64,000 bases of DNA from an uncultured virus (IMG/VR IMGVR_UViG_3300028920_001041) (Duplodnaviria > Heunggongvirae > Uroviricota > Caudoviricetes), in the IMG/VR virus record IMGVR_UViG_3300028920_001041; one strand, 5' to 3'. The notes beneath the pieces are model-generated. The model worked only from the letters and a program-made list of their open reading frames with translations, was not told the origin of the DNA and searched no databases. The position numbers and the translations under genes are program-made. Of this stretch, positions 37,273-47,363 are shown piece by piece (the stretch's first letter is position 1; each line of letters starts with the position of its first letter).

Positions 37273-38551
37273 ATCAGTCCATGCTATACTTGAAGATATT
37301 AATAATCATTCTGGTAGATTAGAAAAAGAAGCTATTATTAACAACAGGCGAAATGATGCCAAGTTTGTTAAAGTTATGAATTACATGCTTAATCCATATT
37401 TACGATTTAATATTAGTAAAATAGATTTTACACCAGACCCTACTCAATATTCACAATACAAAAATGATGAAGCCATATTTGGAATGTTAGACTTTCTATC
37501 GGCAAAAAGAGGAGCTACTGATCAAGAGAAGACTTTTTTACAAATAATTAGTAGCGTTGATAAATTTACTGCTGATATAGTCGACCGAATTGTTTCTAAA
37601 GATCCTAGATGTGGATCAAGTATTAAAACATTCAGAAAATTTATGCCTGATATTCCTTATCATTGTCCTATGCTTTGTAATAGTGAAGCTAAAGCTTTTA
37701 TAAAAGCAGCAGGTGGGAATTTTTCAAAAACATGTTACTCTATTAAAAAGGATGGAGTACGAACATGGGCAGTGTTCGATACAAAAACATTATCAACTAG
37801 ATATCTAAGTAGATCTGGTAAAGAATTCCCGAACTTTAATTTCGCTTTTGATGATGATATATCGAAGGCATCTATAGAAATGTTAAAGAAATATCCGGAG
37901 ATTAATGATTTACCTAATTTCAGATATATTATATATGATGGGGAAGTTGACGCTGGTCAAACAAAATCATTCCAGAAATTAATGACTCAAGTAAGAAAAT
38001 TAGATGGTGTAGATCCACAAATTTTTAAGTTTCATATATTCGATTTAGCCTTTCCTGCTTTTGATTTTATTAAACGATATCAAATGTTGCATGATATATT
38101 TACTACGTCTTCATACAGTAAAGTGTTTCTGTTAGAACACTTTCAGGTACCAACATGGGTGACGACTGAGCATGATCTTGCAAGACTTGCTCAAACTTAC
38201 ATAGCACAAGGGGAGGAAGGTGTCGTTATTAAAGTATACTCCGCTCCTTATGAATTTAAAAGGTCAAAGTATTGGTTAAAGGTTAAACAATTTAAGACTG
38301 TTGATGTTAAAGTAATTGGATGGGAGTATGGCACAGGAAAAAACAGTGACGTAATAGGAAAATTAAATTGTGTCCTCGCTAATGGAATAACATTCAATGT
38401 TGGTAGTGGCCTTAGTGATCAAGAAAGACTAGATTTTATGGACGACACTCCATCATTGATAGAAGTTGCTTATCAAGAGATCACTCAAGATGGTAAACCT
38501 AGATTTGGTACATTCGTACGAGTGAGAGATGATAAAACAGAATCAGATTAA
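37262..38551 (+). CDS. ATP-dependent DNA ligase
   Basis: KKDGVR, YDGEV, FHIFD, EGVVIK, WLKVK, OB domain VGSGLSD; GGAGGAGG RBS before 37262. Confidence 0.95.
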   Translation: MSLKSVHAILEDINNHSGRLEKEAIINNRRNDAKFVKVMNYMLNPYLRFNISKIDFTPDPTQYSQYKNDEAIFGMLDFLSAKRGATDQEKTFLQIISSVDKFTADIVDRIVSKDPRCGSSIKTFRKFMPDIPYHCPMLCNSEAKAFIKAAGGNFSKTCYSIKKDGVRTWAVFDTKTLSTRYLSRSGKEFPNFNFAFDDDISKASIEMLKKYPEINDLPNFRYIIYDGEVDAGQTKSFQKLMTQVRKLDGVDPQIFKFHIFDLAFPAFDFIKRYQMLHDIFTTSSYSKVFLLEHFQVPTWVTTEHDLARLAQTYIAQGEEGVVIKVYSAPYEFKRSKYWLKVKQFKTVDVKVIGWEYGTGKNSDVIGKLNCVLANGITFNVGSGLSDQERLDFMDDTPSLIEVAYQEITQDGKPRFGTFVRVRDDKTESD

Positions 38552-38560
38552 GGAGGAGTA

Positions 38561-38704
38561 TTGGCTCAAAAAAAGAAATTGACTCGACAAGAAAAAATTG
38601 AATATACCAAGAAAGGTATATGTTGGAAATGTCAAAGAAACTTACAAAAGAAGGATAAAGAACTAATTTGTGAACATTGCAAAATATCATTTGAAAAGTT
38701 TTAA
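38561..38704 (+). CDS. 47-aa zinc-ribbon protein
   Basis: AGGAGG + TTG; CWKC...CEHC; absent from ORF track. Confidence 0.6.
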   Translation: MAQKKKLTRQEKIEYTKKGICWKCQRNLQKKDKELICEHCKISFEKF

Positions 38705-38714
38705 GGAGGATGTA

Positions 38715-38921
38715 ATGCAGGAGCAGGAACAGGGCGTAGTTAAATGGTTTTCAGATAAGAAGGGATATGGTTTTATCGAGGGCAAAGAAACAGAATACTT
38801 TGTACATTATTCAGCAGTCCAAATGGAAGGATTTCAGACTCTCCAACAAGGAGCGAAAGTACATTTTGATGTAGAGACGACTGATAAAGGTCCAGCGGCA
38901 AGAAATGTCGTTGTACTTTGA
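38715..38921 (+). CDS. csp: cold-shock domain protein
   Basis: GVVKWFSDKKGYGFI, YFVHYSAV, GPAARNV; hairpin at 38927-38945. Confidence 0.95.
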   Translation: MQEQEQGVVKWFSDKKGYGFIEGKETEYFVHYSAVQMEGFQTLQQGAKVHFDVETTDKGPAARNVVVL

Positions 38922-38970
38922 TAATACGGGGGAGAAATCCCCCGTTAAATTAACTATATAGGATTGAATT

Positions 38971-40275
38971 ATGGATTCTCAATTAAAGTATGAAGTTATA
39001 TTCCGAGCACCTCTTGGAGAAATGTATAACGATATATTACATCTTTGTTTTGTTAGAGCTCCATTAGTAAAACAATCATCATACGCTATTTTAAGAATAA
39101 GTTTACCACCAGTTCTAATACAACAAATGATAAATGATCTATCTAATAATATGTATCAAGATTTCTCAATAGAGATATATTCAATTGATGAAAGTGTTGA
39201 GAATAAACCATTTAAAACTCTGTTTAATAAATTGTTTAAAGTATTGTTTGTTAGGCCACTTGAACCAATAAAATTTGATAAACAATCACTTCAATGTTAT
39301 GTTGTACTTGCGAATCCATTCATCCATTATATGTCTACAGCTAATACCTATAATACGATATTAGAAGGAATGACTGGATATGAGGCTATACAACAATTTG
39401 AAAATTTTATAAAGGATACACATGGTGATATATTCACATTTAATCATATAGCAACAAAATCAGAAGTAAATGATTATAAATATGAGCAACTTTTGATTAA
39501 AGCACCAAATGATTTAAGTGTACCTTTATATATAATAAATACATTTAAACCTTTTAATTCATTTAATTTCTATTTCTTTGATGATTTTTACTTATCAGAT
39601 GATTCAGATAAAGAATTAGCTTGTCATTATTTAAATTTATTCGATCCGAATCAAATACAAACATTTGATATATCCCATTGGGCAGATATTAGTGCCTCAA
39701 CAAAAAAATTACCACAATTCCCTATTACAGATCAGAGTCTTAATTTAGATAAAATAGATCAAACATTCACAATAACAAATAGAGAAATTAAATACAATAC
39801 TCAAAAATCAACAAAAAGTGAAATTATTAAACACTCACAATCAGGAAATGTGATGAATGAAGAATTGGTTACTGAACGAGCTGTTAAAATTGGATCGTTT
39901 ATTAGTCCTATACAAAGGGACAAATTTACTCAATCATCACAACATGCAAATATATATTCGCCAGATGAACCAGAAAGAGCTTTATATAGATTTGATTTTC
40001 TCAAAGATTACTATATGAAGAAATTAGATGTAATACAAGTTTATGAAACAACAAACTCTTTACCAGACTGGTGTCAATTCGGTAAACGATATAATATGGA
40101 TCAAGAAGAGTCAGGATTATTTCTTTATACCCCATTAAACATTGTGAACATGTTTATTCGTGCTAATATAAAAGAAAATTACTGTACCCATCTTGTAAGA
40201 TACAGCATGTTAAAATTTATCGACGGTAATGATGTAGACTTTTCCTATTGGACATCTTCTAAGTATAAAGAATAA
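38971..40275 (+). CDS. hypothetical protein (possibly structural)
   Basis: 434-aa ORF. Confidence 0.7.
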   Translation: MDSQLKYEVIFRAPLGEMYNDILHLCFVRAPLVKQSSYAILRISLPPVLIQQMINDLSNNMYQDFSIEIYSIDESVENKPFKTLFNKLFKVLFVRPLEPIKFDKQSLQCYVVLANPFIHYMSTANTYNTILEGMTGYEAIQQFENFIKDTHGDIFTFNHIATKSEVNDYKYEQLLIKAPNDLSVPLYIINTFKPFNSFNFYFFDDFYLSDDSDKELACHYLNLFDPNQIQTFDISHWADISASTKKLPQFPITDQSLNLDKIDQTFTITNREIKYNTQKSTKSEIIKHSQSGNVMNEELVTERAVKIGSFISPIQRDKFTQSSQHANIYSPDEPERALYRFDFLKDYYMKKLDVIQVYETTNSLPDWCQFGKRYNMDQEESGLFLYTPLNIVNMFIRANIKENYCTHLVRYSMLKFIDGNDVDFSYWTSSKYKE

Positions 40276-40335
40276 TTATGATGTCAACTTTTTTCAAAAT
40301 ATATAAAGAAATATTTATTGTGTTAGGATACTTAG

Positions 40336-41307
40336 ATGAAAAACCATTATATAAAATACCCACTAGACTACAAACAACTCTTTAAAATTCTATCCGATTT
40401 AAATAAGAAGAGGGTCAATTTTTTCGTAGATATCCAGTCGATTGCTACTGGATTCTATAATAAAAATAATATATTTATGGAGATAAATCACTATGTAGAT
40501 CACAATAGAACTGTTTCTGACGTTCTATTACAAGAACTCCGTGAGTTTTTAAACACTCTATATAGACGGTTTAAAAAGTATGATCCTTATTTCGTATTAT
40601 TTTATGATGATGGATACTGTCAACAAAATAGAGCAATATATTCAAATTATAAGCATGGTAGATCTAATATTAAAACTGTTCTTATGCATGATGAACAAGT
40701 TGAATTATATCGCCAAATAAAGAAATATTACTTCAAAGAAATAGAAGAAAGATTTACTAAAACAGACATAAGTAAAGTATTCTATCTACGCCAATATGAA
40801 GCAGATTTTGTTCCACACTATTGTATATTAAAAGGGTTATATGATGGGCAAGATATGGATGTATTAAACATCATTCTTTCTAGTGATAAAGATTTACTTC
40901 AAACTTGTAAATTCAAAAACACAATTCAATGTACAGTAACATATCATTCGAGTAAAGAAGGTAAAGATAGAGTACCATGCAGAATATTCGATAACCTAAC
41001 AGCATTAAATTACATAAACAATAGTATTAAAAGAGGGGTGTTAACATCAGAATATGTTCCTATGTTGCTATCAATAGCAGGAGATAAATCAGACGAAATT
41101 CCTGGTATAAAAAATATAGGTCCTGTTAGAGCTGTTGAACAAATTGTAAACTGGAGCATTCCACCATCAATCGATCAACTAAAACCAATAATAGGACAAA
41201 TGTCAGAAACTATTCAAAACAATTTTAATCTAATTACAAGAAACTTTAAATTAATAGATTTCGAAAAACAGATCGAAAGAGTGTCAATTCTCAATAAAAT
41301 CTTCTAG
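40336..41307 (+). CDS. 5'-3' exonuclease / RNase H (FEN-like)
   Basis: YEADFV, ILSSDKDLLQ, GDKSDEIPGIKNIG; promoter 40303-40312. Confidence 0.9.
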   Translation: MKNHYIKYPLDYKQLFKILSDLNKKRVNFFVDIQSIATGFYNKNNIFMEINHYVDHNRTVSDVLLQELREFLNTLYRRFKKYDPYFVLFYDDGYCQQNRAIYSNYKHGRSNIKTVLMHDEQVELYRQIKKYYFKEIEERFTKTDISKVFYLRQYEADFVPHYCILKGLYDGQDMDVLNIILSSDKDLLQTCKFKNTIQCTVTYHSSKEGKDRVPCRIFDNLTALNYINNSIKRGVLTSEYVPMLLSIAGDKSDEIPGIKNIGPVRAVEQIVNWSIPPSIDQLKPIIGQMSETIQNNFNLITRNFKLIDFEKQIERVSILNKIF

Positions 41308-41318
41308 TAGGAGGCGAA

Positions 41319-41729
41319 ATGGCTAAAAGCAAAGACTTAAACCAAGCAGTTAGAGAGATTTTCTCCAAAGCAATCAATGATGGCTACAAAAAGAATCATG
41401 TGTGCGCATTAACATTAGGTAGCCAATGTGTCCCACAGTTTGATGGATTCCTTAAGGGGCGAGATTTTGGTATTAAACCTCTTGAAAGAGTACTCACAGC
41501 TTTTGATTTTGAACTTCATGTTGTACCAATTCCAAAAATAGATCATGATTCAAAAGCTGCAGTTGATTCTCTTTTCGAAAATTGTATCGAGAATGTGACT
41601 CAAATTTTAATCTCCGGATTAGATAATGAGGCACTTCGAACTACCCACGGGAGAACTAGCCCTATATTTAAAGAAGCTGGTGATCAAATTTTACAAGAAT
41701 TAGGATTAGGAATCGAACCAGTCGAATAA
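41319..41729 (+). CDS. hypothetical protein
   Basis: AGGAGG RBS; hairpin at 41738-41759. Confidence 0.7.
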   Translation: MAKSKDLNQAVREIFSKAINDGYKKNHVCALTLGSQCVPQFDGFLKGRDFGIKPLERVLTAFDFELHVVPIPKIDHDSKAAVDSLFENCIENVTQILISGLDNEALRTTHGRTSPIFKEAGDQILQELGLGIEPVE

Positions 41730-41779
41730 TTAATTAAGGGCGGTGGTAATACACCGCCCAACATTGTCAGGAGAATACA

Positions 41780-42508
41780 ATGGCAAAATCCAGATATTCG
41801 CAAACCTGGAGTTCTATATTAGGATATATAAAAAGAGAATTAGGCACAGGTGTAACTCTCCTCGAAATGTCAGATGATGAGATCATTGAAGGATTGGATG
41901 AAGATGTACTATCCTTAATGTCTCAATACACTCCTCATAAAGATTATACATACATCACAGCTGCCAATAAAATACCCCATACTCAAGCTGGTCAAGCACA
42001 ATGGAGATATTTATTACCTGTTGATCCTGAGGAACATATTATAGATATATACGAAGTTATGCCTGACACAAATTCGATAAATCTAGATGAGTTAGGAACA
42101 GAAACATCTGATTATTCTGCGGATAGTATGATTAATCTTGTTATATCTAATACCTATATAGATGCAGCAAAATCGTTAGGTGTAAGAAATACTTGGAACT
42201 TTGTACCTCCGCGAACTATAGAAATGGATAAAGAAGTTAGACAAGCATGTGTAATATATAATACTCCACATGCTACTCCAAAAACAATGAGACCAGATCT
42301 GTATAACACTACATTTAAGCCCTTATGTTTAGGCACTATGCAGAAATGGCTTGCTGCTAAAAGAGCTAAATTTGAGAATGTAGCAACACCCTTTGGGCAG
42401 ATCAATCTTAACTGGCAGAAGCTTGAAACTGATAGTCAGACTAATATTCAGGAAGCGATGCAAAAACTCGAACTTGTTCCACCAGATAAATTAATCGAGG
42501 TATGTTAA
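41780..42508 (+). CDS. neck / head-completion protein (T4 gp13-like)
   Basis: ILGYIKRELG...LEMSDDEI and C-terminal K.W...KF..V.TP.G.INLN resemble T4 gp13. Confidence 0.6.
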   Translation: MAKSRYSQTWSSILGYIKRELGTGVTLLEMSDDEIIEGLDEDVLSLMSQYTPHKDYTYITAANKIPHTQAGQAQWRYLLPVDPEEHIIDIYEVMPDTNSINLDELGTETSDYSADSMINLVISNTYIDAAKSLGVRNTWNFVPPRTIEMDKEVRQACVIYNTPHATPKTMRPDLYNTTFKPLCLGTMQKWLAAKRAKFENVATPFGQINLNWQKLETDSQTNIQEAMQKLELVPPDKLIEVC

Positions 42509-42906
42509 TGAATACAATCGAGGAATTTAAGAAAGTGTTAAGTACATTCGGAAAGTTTGCTAATTTCGAAGATAAGATTAAAGTCCAATCATCATATGAT
42601 GTAAATTGTAAAGATGGTGGAGAAAAAGTATTTATAGTTGACATGTATACTGATCGAAATGTATATAATATTAAGGCAATTGAACGAGAAAACGACTTAG
42701 GATATTTAGGCTGTGTAGCAAGTAAAAGAAAGCCTAATGCTGGTGAATGTAATACCAGAGGAAATGACTTAGCAGATGGATCATTAAGTACTGTAACATG
42801 GCACCAAATTCTTTGTGATATAGTGAGCTACGAATTGGTACCTCTCTTTAAACCAGCAAAACTACAGACTATAGAAGCTGAGACTACATGTGCTCAACTA
42901 AAATAG
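42502..42906 (+). CDS. conserved phage hypothetical protein
   Basis: YLGCVASKRKPNAGE..RGNDLADG motif. Confidence 0.65.
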   Translation: MLMNTIEEFKKVLSTFGKFANFEDKIKVQSSYDVNCKDGGEKVFIVDMYTDRNVYNIKAIERENDLGYLGCVASKRKPNAGECNTRGNDLADGSLSTVTWHQILCDIVSYELVPLFKPAKLQTIEAETTCAQLK

Positions 42907-42918
42907 GGAGGATAGAGA

Positions 42919-43719
42919 ATGGCGAACGGACAACAATCCACTTTACAACCGGTATTTCAATATTCTTTTCCGGCGAATAATTTATTTCAAATTTCGCTAG
43001 TAAGAGATAATGATCCAAATTTACCGGGGTATAAAAAGAGACATTTTTGTTTCTTAACATTAGCACCAGGAGAAGCAGGGACAGGTGGTGGAAGAACATT
43101 CAATTTCACTAATAAAATTAATTTAAAACAAGACGTACATAAAATAATGGGTCTTGCTCACGCTTTTAGAGCAGTAGCAAGGGGTCAAAAAGCAATGATA
43201 GGAAACTATTCATTGTTCGTTGATAGTTCTAAAAGTGCATATGGTGGATCAGGTGGAGGAGTAAAACAAGTATTCGTTAACGATTACATGAAAAAACCAC
43301 AGGGTAAACAAAATGACCCAAATACACCAGGAGAAAGAATGGTTTCTCTTGGATTTAGAATCGGGCAAAATCAACCAGTAGGATTGATGTTTAGTGTACC
43401 TGATGCTTTAGCATGTGCAGATGTATTAGAATTCATTGGTAAATTAGGATTAAGATTAGAAGCTCAAGGAGCATCTGTATCTTTTAAAGCTCCTGATCCA
43501 GCACCGGATACTCAACAGAATAACTTCCCACCTGCAAATACTGGAGTTCCACCAGGAACAGGTACTCCACCAGGGGCAGGCACTCAGAGCAATCCACAGA
43601 CTAATATGGGTGCAAGAGGGCCAGAAGACGTAGCACAAAATTTTGAACAAGGATTAAACGACGCAGCATCATTCCCAGGAACACCTCCTGGGATAGGAGA
43701 TGACGATATACCATTTTAA
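42919..43719 (+). CDS. putative phage ssDNA-binding protein (SSB-like acidic tail)
   Basis: beta-rich domain, Gly/Pro linker, ends DDDIPF; terminator at 43726-43767. Confidence 0.5.
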   Translation: MANGQQSTLQPVFQYSFPANNLFQISLVRDNDPNLPGYKKRHFCFLTLAPGEAGTGGGRTFNFTNKINLKQDVHKIMGLAHAFRAVARGQKAMIGNYSLFVDSSKSAYGGSGGGVKQVFVNDYMKKPQGKQNDPNTPGERMVSLGFRIGQNQPVGLMFSVPDALACADVLEFIGKLGLRLEAQGASVSFKAPDPAPDTQQNNFPPANTGVPPGTGTPPGAGTQSNPQTNMGARGPEDVAQNFEQGLNDAASFPGTPPGIGDDDIPF

Positions 43720-43777
43720 TTAAATAGGTAACCCTACTCGCGTGGGGTTACCTTACATTATTTTTTTGGAGGAAATT

Positions 43778-44371
43778 ATGCATATTATTCAAGAAGACAC
43801 AAATTACGAGAAAGTGATTGCAGAAATCATATTAGATGAAGCTGGTAAATTGATCCCAGGAGTTCTTAAACAAAAATTATCTAAACGATCATTTAGAAAA
43901 CGACTTCTAGAAAAACATGGGTCTCGTGCATTCTTAATGCCTGACAAACTCAAATTCCCCATCATGGATGAAAGCGGTAATATACATTCCGGTCTATTAA
44001 AAGCCGCATATATGAGAGCTAGACAACACGGATACACAGATGTAGCAAGTAAAGCAAAAGATTTAATGGGTGAATATCAAGATATTCCTGTTCACGTTCA
44101 AGTTGAAGGGCATGAAGAATCATATGAAATTGAAATGCTTTTAGATACTCTCGAATTAGATTTCACCGAAATAAATGAAATGGAAAACGCTAAAACAATC
44201 TTTCATGATCCTGAAGGTAACCTCATTGTTGGGGAAGGGGATTGTATTGAATTCAGAGACGAAGATACCGGGGAAATGCTAAAAGGTAGGATTAAAACAA
44301 TAAATGGAGATGTTGGTATTGTTGATGTTGATGGAGAAGAGAAATCGGTCAATCTAAATCGTGAGGAATAA
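43778..44371 (+). CDS. hypothetical protein (putative head-internal)
   Basis: GGAGG RBS; AFLMPDKLKFPI...LLKAAYMRARQHG. Confidence 0.65.
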   Translation: MHIIQEDTNYEKVIAEIILDEAGKLIPGVLKQKLSKRSFRKRLLEKHGSRAFLMPDKLKFPIMDESGNIHSGLLKAAYMRARQHGYTDVASKAKDLMGEYQDIPVHVQVEGHEESYEIEMLLDTLELDFTEINEMENAKTIFHDPEGNLIVGEGDCIEFRDEDTGEMLKGRIKTINGDVGIVDVDGEEKSVNLNREE

Positions 44372-44372
44372 C

Positions 44373-45083
44373 ATGATTAAAGTACTCAAAGTAATTAAGG
44401 AGTATTTGCCCCCGCATCCAGATAAAATAATTCTTAAGAATCAACATTATCCATCAGGGTTAAAAGAAAGTGATCTCTATAACTACTATATTAGAAACAA
44501 ATCCAAGATTCTTAATCAAGTAGGGGATAGGGAATTAATGTTCTTTTTACAGATAGATAACAAAATAGTTGTTAGAAGAAAAGAATCCTCCGGCAAATTT
44601 CTGAAACTGAACAATCGTAATTATAATGATCTAATTACGGGGAGAACTTTATCCATACATTCTACAATGTCGGATACTGAAGACTTTGGTATAGTAGATA
44701 TTGATTCAGACAACTTTCAAAAAGCTAAAAAAGCAACAGCTGAAGTGTACGATTATTTGACAGGATTGCAAAAGTTTCCATCTGTTAAAATCAGATATAC
44801 TGGTAAAGAATCATTTCATGTTGTATGCTTTTTCGGAAAGAAAATAAAGATAGTCCTTGGTAAAGCATACTTAAGAACACTGCTCAATAATGGGTTTACA
44901 AATAAGTATAAGATTAATCATTATAAAAGAATACCAAATGAAGTAAATTTAGATCTATCAAGTAATAAAAAACGTGGTGGATTTATTACATTATATTCTT
45001 TATCCGTTGAAGGGTTAATGTGTGTGGAGATACCTAGACTCAAACTAAGTTCTTTTAATAAAAGAGAAGCAAAAATAAAATAG
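44373..45083 (+). CDS. LigD-type primase-polymerase (AEP) domain protein
   Basis: LYNYY...ILNQVGDREL, VDIDSD, YTGKESFHV, LDLSSN. Confidence 0.75.
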   Translation: MIKVLKVIKEYLPPHPDKIILKNQHYPSGLKESDLYNYYIRNKSKILNQVGDRELMFFLQIDNKIVVRRKESSGKFLKLNNRNYNDLITGRTLSIHSTMSDTEDFGIVDIDSDNFQKAKKATAEVYDYLTGLQKFPSVKIRYTGKESFHVVCFFGKKIKIVLGKAYLRTLLNNGFTNKYKINHYKRIPNEVNLDLSSNKKRGGFITLYSLSVEGLMCVEIPRLKLSSFNKREAKIK

Positions 45084-45109
45084 AATGCCCCGTAAGGGGC
45101 TATTCTACC

Positions 45110-45304
45110 CTATAAAGAATCGATATATATTTTAATATCTGATTCTCTAAATCGTAGTTTTCTACCTACTCTTATTGGTTTTATAGGTAGCGGATGCTTT
45201 GCACCCTTTGCACATTTGTTATAAATCGTCTGTTTAGCCACTTGTAAATATTCAGCAAGGTCTTCAACAGTCCATAATCTATTTTTTACTTTAAATTCTG
45301 TCAT
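45110..45304 (-). CDS. excisionase-like HTH DNA-binding protein
   Basis: WTVEDLAEYLQVAKQTIYN...RVGRKLRFRESDI. Confidence 0.85.
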   Translation of the reverse strand: MTEFKVKNRLWTVEDLAEYLQVAKQTIYNKCAKGAKHPLPIKPIRVGRKLRFRESDIKIYIDSL

Positions 45305-45306
45305 GG

Positions 45307-46131
45307 TTATCCTTTAACAACTTTACCATGTTTAATCATCTTAGCCATAAATGATGATATTGTTTTCGATATCTTATCGACTCTCTCTATTTCTTCTGGA
45401 GTCGCATCTGCCATACCATTGATCTTTTGACACATCTCATGTTCAATCTCGATTAAACGATGGACACCTAATTTCATCATTGTTGCATGATCCCCTGGTC
45501 CATTTTCAATGGTGAATATGTTTGGACCTTCGACAGGGAAGAAATACAAGCTATCTTTATCTATTACTGATCCTGGAAATGGTCCACTAACATCAGACCC
45601 TTTCATTTTGTAACTTTTGACTGCTGCGATAAAAGGAAACTCACCAATTTCGCCTTGCAGTTCTACTTTAAATTTTGAAAGAACTGGACTTGCATTTGAT
45701 GCTGTCATATTAATGGTTTTTAAACAAGCTTCTGCTTGAGCTTTATAGTCAGCCGGGAAAGTTGAAATCATCCAACCTAATTGTTGAATGTCCCATTTCT
45801 TTTCAGTAATGAACGTTTTATCTCCAACATGAATAACTTTGTCTCCAACAATTTTGGTAGTATCTTTTGCAAAGACTTCGAGCTGACCATCGCCATCGGA
45901 CACGACTGTACCCCAAGTCAAAAATTGTAACCAGAAAAGTCCATTCTTTTTTGTGCCCGGCTTGAAGTACATGTGCTCCATCATTGTTGTAAATAAAGTG
46001 ACACCAAATCTTGGAGGGTTTAATATCCCTATATAATGGATCTTGGATTGATCATCAAATATGCTCCAATCAATATTACCAACTTCCATCCTACCAGTAA
46101 GACCATCTCCAAATTCAATATCTTTCTTCAT
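45307..46131 (-). CDS. hypothetical protein
   Basis: AAGGAGG RBS; promoter 46163-46172(-). Confidence 0.75.
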   Translation of the reverse strand: MKKDIEFGDGLTGRMEVGNIDWSIFDDQSKIHYIGILNPPRFGVTLFTTMMEHMYFKPGTKKNGLFWLQFLTWGTVVSDGDGQLEVFAKDTTKIVGDKVIHVGDKTFITEKKWDIQQLGWMISTFPADYKAQAEACLKTINMTASNASPVLSKFKVELQGEIGEFPFIAAVKSYKMKGSDVSGPFPGSVIDKDSLYFFPVEGPNIFTIENGPGDHATMMKLGVHRLIEIEHEMCQKINGMADATPEEIERVDKISKTISSFMAKMIKHGKVVKG

Positions 46132-46162
46132 AGCTCCTCCTTTAAGTTAGTTTTATATAAAT

Positions 46163-46230
46163 ATTTCTATATAAACATGACAAATATTAGAAATCAGATC
46201 TTTTAATTTTTACACATTTGATAAAGAAAT
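46163..46230. promoter_or_regulatory. divergent phage promoter motifs
   Basis: ATATAGAAAT minus (46163-46172), ATAAAGAAAT plus (46221-46230). Confidence 0.65.
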
Positions 46231-46294
46231 AATAAATATAGAAGAGACATTAAAAGTCTCTCTGTCTTTATTTTTGTAGTTAAAGAGAGGATAC

Positions 46295-46375
46295 ATGATT
46301 AGAGAAGGTAAACTTAATATACTAATAGATGGTAAAAGAACTCAATATTTAATGTTTAAAGATAAGGAGAATTAA
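46295..46375 (+). pseudogene. chimeric 26-aa remnant ending in a copy of the LigD-PE 3' end
   Basis: MIREGKLNILIDGKRTQYLMFKDKEN; GKRTQYLMFKDKE vs GKKTQFLMFKAKE at 48074. Confidence 0.5.
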
Positions 46376-46726
46376 ATGTTATCAATATCTCATTTATACG
46401 AAATTGAGGGAATGGTTCTTTACGAAGATGAACATGGATTCGTCTTTGAGGCAGAAGAAGGACATACATTAAACAAACCTATGTCTTCTGATCGTGCAGC
46501 CAAGAAGTATATGGTTTATGTAAAGAATGACAAAGGTAAAGTCGTTAAAGTTCATTTTGGAGATCCAAATTTAAAGATTAAACGTGACAGTGATGAGAAA
46601 CGTAAAAACTTTAGAGCTCGTCATGGATGCGATAGTCCTGGTCCTAAATGGAAACCTAAGTATTGGGCTTGTAAAACTTGGGAGAAAAACAGAACTGTTG
46701 GAGATGTGATGAAAAAGGGCGGTTAA
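46376..46726 (+). CDS. conserved large-phage protein
   Basis: KKYMVYVK...VHFGDP...RKNFRARHGC...KYWAC. Confidence 0.75.
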   Translation: MLSISHLYEIEGMVLYEDEHGFVFEAEEGHTLNKPMSSDRAAKKYMVYVKNDKGKVVKVHFGDPNLKIKRDSDEKRKNFRARHGCDSPGPKWKPKYWACKTWEKNRTVGDVMKKGG

Positions 46727-46727
46727 T

Positions 46728-47363
46728 ATGATATCAATATTACCATTATTCGAATCTAAATTAATTACTAAAAATAATTTAACTACATCTTTAATGATGA
46801 AATTACTTAATCAATATGGAAGATCTGAGAAACAGTTTAAGGTGGGAATGATTGTAACCGTAAGTAATATTATGCAATCGGATTATTCCTACGAACTAAA
46901 AGCACCCATAGGAAAACAATTTGACCCTAAATTTAAACCAGAACTTACTCCTCGGCAAATGTTAGAGAGAGGAGTATTTGAAGGTAAATATTTTAATGAT
47001 CAAATATTAGAGTTTCCTAAAGAGTGGTATATTACCGCTCTTAGAAAAGGAAAACTATCGCCACAAGGATCTAATCCTAAAATAAATTATATGGGAGTTA
47101 AAAGTCGTCAATCTCTTGGTGTTTGGAAAAAAGGAAATAGTTGGATTTACGGTGACGATCCAAGAGGATGGGGAGAGTGGTATTTTAGATATTATTTAGG
47201 ACGAAGAGATCCTTCAGTGGATAGAAAACAAATTGGTAGACATAATGGAATTAAGAGATTTATTGGTTCACTACAAAAAGATTGCAAAAAAGGGGATATG
47301 TCTTGTGGTCTAGTTAAGAGACAGCTCTTAACTAATTGGGCATATGACGCAACTAGGTATTAA
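46728..47363 (+). CDS. conserved virus protein of unknown function
   Basis: FKPELTPRQMLERGVFEGKYF, DPRGWGEWYFRYYLGRR, RQLLTNWAYD. Confidence 0.75.
   Translation: MISILPLFESKLITKNNLTTSLMMKLLNQYGRSEKQFKVGMIVTVSNIMQSDYSYELKAPIGKQFDPKFKPELTPRQMLERGVFEGKYFNDQILEFPKEWYITALRKGKLSPQGSNPKINYMGVKSRQSLGVWKKGNSWIYGDDPRGWGEWYFRYYLGRRDPSVDRKQIGRHNGIKRFIGSLQKDCKKGDMSCGLVKRQLLTNWAYDATRY

Noticed and set aside
45110..45304. Prophage or integrative element boundary
   Set aside because: No integrase, att site or host DNA in the window; treated as a regulator
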